Shown here piece by piece: positions 26,337 to 32,372 of a stretch of DNA of 32,372 bases (its first letter is position 1; the number at the start of each line of letters is the position of its first letter). The stretch covers positions 1 to 32,372 of the forward strand of contig JBGSUI010000178.1 in assembly GCA_041736175.1 (NCBI GenBank). The letters are read 5' to 3'. The translations under genes and the position numbers were made by a program. The DNA is from Oligoflexales bacterium (GTDB taxonomy: Bacteria > Bdellovibrionota_B > Oligoflexia > Oligoflexales > CAIYRB01). The notes under the pieces were generated by a model. It worked only from the letters and a program-made list of their open reading frames with translations, had not been told where the DNA came from and ran no database searches.

Positions 26337-27497
26337 ATGAACTACGAAATGCTAGCGAACCTACCTGCGACTGAGACCGCTCCCGAGTCGAGCTGGATCC
26401 TGATCGCTGATGTGCGTGGATCCACCGAAGCCGTGCGCCAGGGGCGCTACCGGGAGGTCAATCTGATCGGGGCTGCCTGTGTGGCTTCGATCCGTAACAG
26501 CTTTGAGCAACGCTCCGTTCCCTATGTGTTTGGAGGCGATGGAGCGACCTTTCTTGTAGCCCACCAAGATCTAGAGCGCTGTGAAGCTCTCCTTACGGCA
26601 GTCCAAAAAATGGCTTGGGAAAGCTTTCAGCTAAATCTTGGAATCGGACGGATGCAGGTCTCTGAGATCCGGCGCCTGGGTGCAGAGATACGCTATGGAT
26701 TTCTCACTTGGGGCCAAAGTGAATTGCTGCCCTTTTTTCGTGGAAACGGGCTTGCACTCGCAGAAAAAAAGATTAAGGAAGCCATGACTCTTCTTAAGCC
26801 CGCGGCAACAGTCCAAACACCGGCTCCCGCAATCGAAGGTCTATCCTGCCGTATCATGCCTTTTAAGGCGGTACGCGGTCGGATTCTCAGCGTCCTTGTA
26901 GAACCCATGGTCGGCATGGACCGTGAAGACGCTCTCTTGGCCGAGGTCTTTGCGGTTTTTAAAAAGCGTGGGAGCATCGAGCGACTGAGTCCGGTGAACA
27001 AGACCAGCATTCGCAGGCCTTGGTTGACCTTGCAATGGGTCAAAGAAGCCTTCATGCATCGTCAATCTGCGGGGTTGCGTGACACAGTTATGGCATTGAT
27101 TAAAGCTTTGCTGGGGTATCTGTTGACCACGGCAATCTTTCGCTTTGGCTGGAAAACCAAGGTTCTTGGCGAGGTCGAGACCTATCAGGGGAGCATGCTC
27201 GAACAGTCCGACTGGATGAAAATGGATGGGGTTTTGCGCATGGTGATCGATGTCACCCCAGAAGAAGAAGCCGACCTGCGCCAGACCTTGGAGCGACTCG
27301 AAGCTGCAGGACTCATCGTCTTTGGGATCTTTGCCTCCTCAGCTGCTCTGATGACGTGTCATTTCCAATCGATCGAAGGCCAACGTCATGCCCACTTTAT
27401 CGACGGTGCATACGGAGGCCTGACCTTGGCTGCTAAAGACATGAAGGGCAAAAAAGCTCCAAAAATAAGTTTGCATCCCCTAGACCGGGCGTCATAA
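26337..27497 (+). CDS. DUF3095 family protein (class III nucleotide cyclase-like motifs)
   Basis: WILIADVRGSTEAVRQGRYREVNLIGA, YVFGGDGA, GLSCR, KMDGVLRMVID, HFIDGAYGG. Confidence 0.88.
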   Translation: MNYEMLANLPATETAPESSWILIADVRGSTEAVRQGRYREVNLIGAACVASIRNSFEQRSVPYVFGGDGATFLVAHQDLERCEALLTAVQKMAWESFQLNLGIGRMQVSEIRRLGAEIRYGFLTWGQSELLPFFRGNGLALAEKKIKEAMTLLKPAATVQTPAPAIEGLSCRIMPFKAVRGRILSVLVEPMVGMDREDALLAEVFAVFKKRGSIERLSPVNKTSIRRPWLTLQWVKEAFMHRQSAGLRDTVMALIKALLGYLLTTAIFRFGWKTKVLGEVETYQGSMLEQSDWMKMDGVLRMVIDVTPEEEADLRQTLERLEAAGLIVFGIFASSAALMTCHFQSIEGQRHAHFIDGAYGGLTLAAKDMKGKKAPKISLHPLDRAS

Positions 27498-27600
27498 AAC
27501 CATACTCTTGGAGGTGCGTTATCTGTCGAAATTTTGGTCATTCACTTATAGCTCGATAATAAGCGACTCAAGAATAAATCCAGTTAAAACATGGTTTTAT
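27494..27600. repeat. Long imperfect inverted repeat (hairpin) at the left edge of the AT-rich islet
   Basis: Outer arms ATAAAACCAT (27494-27503) / ATGGTTTTAT (27591-27600). Inner arms TACTCTTGGAGGTGCGTTATCTGTCGA / TCGATAATAAGCGACTCAAGAATA pair with three single-base bulges. Confidence 0.55.
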
Positions 27601-27697
27601 CAAAATTCTACAGTATTCCTGGGGTAACATGACACGTTCATTGGTAAAACAATTCTGAATCTTTTATCTTCCTATTTTTGCTAGAAAGAGATTGGGT

Positions 27698-27724
27698 TAT
27701 AGTTTTTTTTTATAGTACCGATAA
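27698..27724 (+). promoter_or_regulatory. Putative sigma28 (FliA)-type promoter
   Basis: TATA(GTTT)-N15-ACCGATAA versus consensus TAAA(GTTT)-N15-GCCGATAA, 17 nt before GTG 27742. Confidence 0.55.
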
Positions 27725-27741
27725 GGTGTCGGGGGGTTAAC

Positions 27742-28236
27742 GTGGAGACATTAAATTTAAAAAGCAAACTAGTTACTGTTTTTGAAGAGCTTGATACAAA
27801 GATATCTTTAGGCGAAATAGGAAAAAAAGAACACGTAGAGTTTAATATTTTTGGTCAGTCGGCCCTGTTGGAGGCAAAGGTTGGTTTCGAATTAGAACAA
27901 TCTAAAGATATTGATGCATATACAAATGCCTCTAATATTTTTTTATTTGAATTTAATGATTTTTTAAAAAAATTTCAACTATCCTATGACTCTTTGAGTC
28001 GCGAAGCGTGGATGCCACCCGAAACTGTATATCGGATTTTGTATGAAGGTGATTTTGTAACAGCCAGAATTGCTGATCTAGAATATATCATTGTTTCTAA
28101 AATAATTAATGCTCCTACAAAAAATAGAATGATATTAATAAATTATCTTAATGCCGGCAATGCTAGTGTTTTATTCAAAGATTTAGTTAAAAAATACAAC
28201 ATAAACTTAGAAAAAGTTATAAACGGTGACGTATGA
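27742..28236 (+). CDS. Small nucleotidyltransferase-fold protein (DUF6036/AbiEii-like), putative toxin
   Basis: FNIFGQSALL...SKDIDAY corresponds to the hG[GS]...DhD NTase motif, followed by IIVSK...KN; strongly AT-rich. Confidence 0.7.
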   Translation: METLNLKSKLVTVFEELDTKISLGEIGKKEHVEFNIFGQSALLEAKVGFELEQSKDIDAYTNASNIFLFEFNDFLKKFQLSYDSLSREAWMPPETVYRILYEGDFVTARIADLEYIIVSKIINAPTKNRMILINYLNAGNASVLFKDLVKKYNINLEKVINGDV

Positions 28237-28556
28237 ACTGGGAAGAAATCGAAGCGCTCGCTAGAGCAAAAACAAAAAAGAGGGATGCTAACTTTTATAA
28301 AGTTATAGGAGTGTTAGTCAAAGTGGGTTTGCTTCACACCAATTATGTTACAACTTATACAGGCAAAGTTTCTGTGGAAGATATTCTCAAAGCAGGCGAG
28401 ATTGAGCCGAGGATTTTAGAAGTGCTCCCCGCTTTAATGCTTAATTTTGGCGAATACATAGTGCCTTCCAAAAATCTCCCGAAGGACCTCATGGCCATCT
28501 TGGAGGGGGAACGGCCCGTGGAGTTTAGAGGGTTAAACTATCGACAATGGATTTGA
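28233..28556 (+). CDS. Hypothetical 107-aa protein coupled to the NTase, putative antitoxin/partner
   Basis: ATGA overlap at 28233-28236; EPRILEVLPAL segment. Confidence 0.7.
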   Translation: MNWEEIEALARAKTKKRDANFYKVIGVLVKVGLLHTNYVTTYTGKVSVEDILKAGEIEPRILEVLPALMLNFGEYIVPSKNLPKDLMAILEGERPVEFRGLNYRQWI

Positions 28557-28600
28557 ACGCATCTCTTCCTCCCCTGTCATTTTCGTTTAACTGAGGTTTT

Positions 28601-29881
28601 ATGTCGAGTGAATTGCCAGTCACTGGAGCGATCGCCCAGCGGGCGACAAAGGCCCCTCTTACCAGTGAAGATTTTAGAAGATATCCCCGCCAGATCGTCC
28701 TCGACCAGGTGGGTGAAGCCGGGCAAAGGCAGCTTAAGGCGGCGCGGATTTTGGTCGTAGGAGCGGGGGGACTCGGCTCTCCTTGTTTGCTCTATTTAGC
28801 GGGGGCAGGGGTCGGGACGATCGGCATAGCTGACTTCGATCAGGTAGAAGTCTCTAATCTCCAACGTCAGATTCTTTTTGCCGCGGACCAAACAGGCCAC
28901 TCAAAAGCGACGATGGCCCAGACACGCCTCCAAGCTCTTAACCCCCTAGTCCAAGGTGTGACCCATCTGGAGAGGGTCACCGCAGCTAATGTAAAATCTA
29001 TTTTGCAGGACTACGATATCGTCATCGATGGATCTGATAATTTTGCCACCAGGTATCTGGTCAACGATGCTGCCATAGATCTCCATAAGCCCTATATCTA
29101 TGGTTCGGTGCAGCGTTTCTCCGGGCAGGTCGGTGTCTTTTATCCGCCCCATGGGCCTTGTTACCGATGTCTTTTCCCCCATCCTCCATCACCCAGTTTG
29201 ATACCAAACTGCTCTGAAAGTGGAGTGCTAGGAAGTCTCGCTGGGACCATCGGGACCCTTCAGGCGACGGAGGCTCTAAAGTTGGTCTTGGGTGTCGGCA
29301 AATCATTGTTAGGTCGGATTTTGGCCTATGACGGCCTCCGGGGGGAGTTTACATCTTATCACCTAGGTCCAGATCCCACCTGTGTGGGGTGCGGCTCTGG
29401 GGAACGGACCCAAAGGTCGATGCCTGAGGTAGCTCCTGCTCTTACTTGTTCCACGCCTTCGGTAGATTTTCCCCAAGTGACGAGCAGCGACTTAAAGATA
29501 CAGGTGGCTGCAGGTCGTCTCCCTTTGGCTTTGATCGATGTGCGCAACACCGAGGAGACAACTAAACAGGGTATAGTCGACCTTGATGGGGCTCCCAACC
29601 TGGAAATCCCCTTGGGGGTTTTAGAGACATACCTAGAGTTTCAGTCCGGCGGTCGAGGGGGTCTGGACGCCCCGGCCAAGGAGCTGGTGGAAAAAGCGCT
29701 CAGATTGATCGCCGCGGCGACTCCCCGGAACCCTGTTATTTTGTACTGTAAAACAGGGCCTCGCAGCCAAAGAGCTTGGGGGATCTTTTCCCAGCTGGTT
29801 AAGGGAGAGACCTCCGGCAAACTCCAGCTACTCCAAGGCGGTCATATGGGATGGTTGGCAGACCTTGCTAAGCCATTATAG
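28601..29881 (+). CDS. moeB: MoeB/ThiF adenylyltransferase with C-terminal rhodanese domain (MoeZ-like)
   Basis: RYPRQI, VGAGGLGS, SNLQRQ, DGSDNF, CYRC and CVGC zinc motifs, IDVR and LYCKTGPRS rhodanese motifs. Confidence 0.93.
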   Translation: MSSELPVTGAIAQRATKAPLTSEDFRRYPRQIVLDQVGEAGQRQLKAARILVVGAGGLGSPCLLYLAGAGVGTIGIADFDQVEVSNLQRQILFAADQTGHSKATMAQTRLQALNPLVQGVTHLERVTAANVKSILQDYDIVIDGSDNFATRYLVNDAAIDLHKPYIYGSVQRFSGQVGVFYPPHGPCYRCLFPHPPSPSLIPNCSESGVLGSLAGTIGTLQATEALKLVLGVGKSLLGRILAYDGLRGEFTSYHLGPDPTCVGCGSGERTQRSMPEVAPALTCSTPSVDFPQVTSSDLKIQVAAGRLPLALIDVRNTEETTKQGIVDLDGAPNLEIPLGVLETYLEFQSGGRGGLDAPAKELVEKALRLIAAATPRNPVILYCKTGPRSQRAWGIFSQLVKGETSGKLQLLQGGHMGWLADLAKPL

Positions 29882-29942
29882 GTTTAAAAAACCACGAAAT
29901 CGCCTGTATATGTCGATAAAAAAATATTTGTCGGTGAAAGTT

Positions 29943-30752
29943 TTAAGTCGTTAGACTCCTCTTCAGGTTGACGGAAGGGCAATATGCTACAGCGAGTCGT
30001 TTATAGAACTCGGTAACTCCATCCTCCGTTAAAGTCCCCGTCGGATCGTTGTCCTTGATAGCTTGTGCCCACAATACAATATTTCTGACCACTAAGTTTA
30101 GATTGGCGGAAGCAGTCTTAGTCCAGGCGGCTGAGATACTGAGATTTTTTAATTCGACAGCTAGTTTTTCCGGCGATTTGAAAACTTCCACACCGATGAA
30201 GGCGATATAATAAAGATCTTTTAATTTCTTGCCGTCCGACTTGCGCTTAACAAATGTAAGTATCTTGTGCATCTCGAAGGCAGAGGCAGTCACAACTCTT
30301 AACTCCCGACCGCTTGGGAGCTGGTAAAGGAATGTATTGTCTAAGCTCATATTAAAGTAAGAGAGGCCTTGAGCCTTAATACCGGATATTTCGTGGATTT
30401 TCTGTCGATGGTCGTCAGTCAGAAACTCTATATAAAACGAATCACCATCTTGTACCCATTTTTCCGAGGGTTTTCCATCACCAATTGAAAATGCAACGAT
30501 TTCTCGTTCAAAACCCATCTTCTCAAGACCATCAGCAATCGTTGGGGCGTTTAGACTCTTAAGTGACTTTTGGCGGTAGGCTTTCCTTTCGATTGTTAGA
30601 TCTACGTCTTCGGTCATCGCAGCATCGGCTTGGGATTTGGCCTTGCGGCAGATGAGGAATGCGGCCATGCCACCGCAAAGGACCACATCATCGCGATGCG
30701 GGCCAGTGGCTTCAGCCACTTTTTCAAGTATATTCATTCGTGGATTCGACAA
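29943..30752 (-). CDS. AbiEii-like nucleotidyltransferase, putative type IV TA toxin
   Basis: VVLCGGMAA, TEDVDL, IEFLT, HK and KKLKDLYYI motifs; AGGAG 7 nt before TTG 30752. Confidence 0.8.
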   Translation of the reverse strand: MSNPRMNILEKVAEATGPHRDDVVLCGGMAAFLICRKAKSQADAAMTEDVDLTIERKAYRQKSLKSLNAPTIADGLEKMGFEREIVAFSIGDGKPSEKWVQDGDSFYIEFLTDDHRQKIHEISGIKAQGLSYFNMSLDNTFLYQLPSGRELRVVTASAFEMHKILTFVKRKSDGKKLKDLYYIAFIGVEVFKSPEKLAVELKNLSISAAWTKTASANLNLVVRNIVLWAQAIKDNDPTGTLTEDGVTEFYKRLAVAYCPSVNLKRSLTT

Positions 30753-31569
30753 GGTTGGACTCCTGACTTATTTTTGGGTTCGCACATAAAATATCGATTA
30801 GACGCTCCGCTACTTCCTCTCCACGAAGGGAGAAGAATGAAAGCAATAAGGCATTCGCAACCGGATTCATAGGGCGGATAGCAGGCTCCATTGGTGGCAG
30901 ATGCGACCATGGCCCGACATTGATTCTAAGTTTCACGTCTGGCCTCCGCGAAAATATAAGGACGTCTGCGAAGGCGAACCCCTCTGGAAGTCCTAAAGGG
31001 TTAATTTTAGAGCGCTCTCTAGAGCGAGTCCTGAGTTTGACTAAATTAAGTGCTAATGACACATCTCGGAGATCGTCACTTGCAAGTGCCAGCGTAACGG
31101 GGCCAGGTCCGCGATAAACTCTCGCTGGTGTGAGCCACGGATCTTCCACTGCGAGTGCAGTGTGCAGAACGGCAAGAGCGTCTTCATCTGGTGATTTAAG
31201 CGCATGCGCGACAGCATCCACAACCTGTTTTGGTTGTTGGTTGCGAAGCGCGGGTGGGAGGTTTAGAAGCACTGGCTGGCCAAGGCGACGCGCGAACCGT
31301 ACAGAAAGGCCACGATAGTAGGCAGCAGGTTTTAAGATCAGATAACGATTTAAGTGGCTTATGTGATCAGAAATGATGCCCTCCTTACGGAGGGCGGCGC
31401 AGGTTCGCTTTATAGCCCAGACGGGGATATTCCAGCGATGGGCGAGTTCTTTGGGAGGCCGCAGCCGAAGGTCCTTTGAGCGCTGCGGCACAAATGCCGC
31501 AAGTCCATGTTCTAGGACTACATCAGCCCAGATTGCTATTTCACATGAGAGCCTATCGTGACGATTCAT
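30724..31569 (-). CDS. Putative AbiEi-like antitoxin/regulator with N-terminal HTH
   Basis: PKELAHRWNIPVWAIKRTCAALRKEGII is wHTH-like; C-terminal RGEEVAERL resembles the end motif of AbiEi_2-type antitoxins; overlaps the NTase start. Confidence 0.65.
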   Translation of the reverse strand: MNRHDRLSCEIAIWADVVLEHGLAAFVPQRSKDLRLRPPKELAHRWNIPVWAIKRTCAALRKEGIISDHISHLNRYLILKPAAYYRGLSVRFARRLGQPVLLNLPPALRNQQPKQVVDAVAHALKSPDEDALAVLHTALAVEDPWLTPARVYRGPGPVTLALASDDLRDVSLALNLVKLRTRSRERSKINPLGLPEGFAFADVLIFSRRPDVKLRINVGPWSHLPPMEPAIRPMNPVANALLLSFFSLRGEEVAERLIDILCANPKISQESNLVESTNEYT

Positions 31570-31858
31570 GAGATTTCCAACCTTATTATCGAACGAACGG
31601 AATCTTCTATCGGAAGAATTTCAGAAACTGATCTCTTATTTTAATCTATAAATCCAGAATATTAAAATTTTTATAGAAGCGATTACGGGAGATCATTACG
31701 CCAACGCCTCTTATGAGGCAATATACTTATAATTATACTATATTTTTGACCCTATGGGTTGGCCGTTGACAAAAAAAGCGACGCTTAAAATGTCATGTGC
31801 TGGCCAAGGCAACGCGAGGCATTCTCCGGCTTTGATACGGTTCCTGCGTGGCGACAAG

Positions 31859-31945
31859 TCTCAGAAAAATACACAATAAATATATTGTGTTATTAACCAT
31901 TGTGCATAAAAACACAGAAAAAACATTATTTTCTCAGAAAAATAC
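31859..31945. promoter_or_regulatory. Cluster of operator-like repeats in the divergent intergenic region
   Basis: TCTCAGAAAAATAC at 31859-31872 and 31932-31945; palindrome ACACAATA-AATA-TATTGTGT at 31871-31890. Confidence 0.55.
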
Positions 31946-32006
31946 CGATAATATTATGAGATAAGAAATGAGGAAGCCCGAAATCCTCATCTACGGAGGT
32001 GATCCT

Positions 32007-32372
32007 ATGAGTTCAATCGCTGTAAAAACAGACGCTGTCGAGCAACTGCAATTGACCTATCATGACAGAGATAGGTGGCCAGAGGTTAGAAGTTGGAATT
32101 TAAATCAGGTAAAAAAACTATGGGACGAAGACCCCATGAGGGTGCAGGTTATCAAAGATCCGCGACTTGGTGAAACGTCTTTAGTGATCATGCGCAAGGA
32201 TAATTTGGAGCAGATTTTAAATCTGATTAAAGATATTGAAGCCGGCCAGGCCAGCATCTCTCATAATCTTGATTTAGCGATAACCCAAATCGAATGCGTT
32301 GAACACGGAGTTTCCAGGCATGACACTGAACTGACGGAAAAAGCGGTGAGAGTATTGAAGGGGTTAGTGGCA
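32007..32372 (+). CDS. Partial hypothetical protein running off the window (not in the ORF track)
   Basis: GGAGGTGA RBS, ATG 32007, 122 open codons: MSSIAVKTDAVEQLQLTYHDRDRWPEVRSWNLNQVKKLWDEDPMRVQVIKDPRLGETSLVIMRKDNLEQILNLIK... Confidence 0.8.
   Translation, partial: MSSIAVKTDAVEQLQLTYHDRDRWPEVRSWNLNQVKKLWDEDPMRVQVIKDPRLGETSLVIMRKDNLEQILNLIKDIEAGQASISHNLDLAITQIECVEHGVSRHDTELTEKAVRVLKGLVA

Noticed and set aside
26337..31569. Cyclase-like + NTase + E1/ThiF-like + NTase run read as a CBASS/Pycsar-like operon
   Set aside because: The ThiF gene is a canonical MoeB-rhodanese with backbone-like composition, no E2, JAB or effector is present, and the units differ in base composition, promoters and strand. 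Independent insertions around moeB are more parsimonious.
31766..31791. TTGACA...TAAAAT sigma70 promoter
   Set aside because: The spacer is 14 nt, too short for a canonical promoter.
1..32372. CRISPR arrays, tRNA/rRNA genes, integrase or transposase ORFs
   Set aside because: No regularly spaced repeats, cloverleaf-like segments or recombinase motifs were recognised by eye; small RNAs could have been missed.

Overview
Bacterial chromosomal window; gene content and style suggest a Bdellovibrionota/Oligoflexia- or deltaproteobacteria-like organism (inference only). A housekeeping backbone (TMEM165/GDT1 transporter, mazG, gpmI, hemE, acyl-CoA dehydrogenase, CYP102-type P450-reductase fusion, NYN-LOTUS protein, an Mtd1-like methylene-THF dehydrogenase with a broken cyclohydrolase partner, DUF3095, moeB) is interrupted by small accessory islets. 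These are: an AT-rich CheR'-PAS / hybrid kinase / Hpt phosphorelay whose first gene looks truncated next to an IS-like end; an orphan kinase between 49-bp imperfect direct repeats; a brnT-brnA module between 26-bp direct repeats that duplicate a host gene 3' end; a pair of orphan lipoproteins behind a sigma54-type promoter; and two unrelated two-gene nucleotidyltransferase modules (DUF6036-like + small partner; AbiEi/AbiEii-like). The two NTase modules are the best candidates for poorly characterised toxin-antitoxin/defence systems. No tRNA, rRNA, CRISPR array, integrase or transposase ORF was recognised. All family calls come from motif recognition by eye, not database searches.
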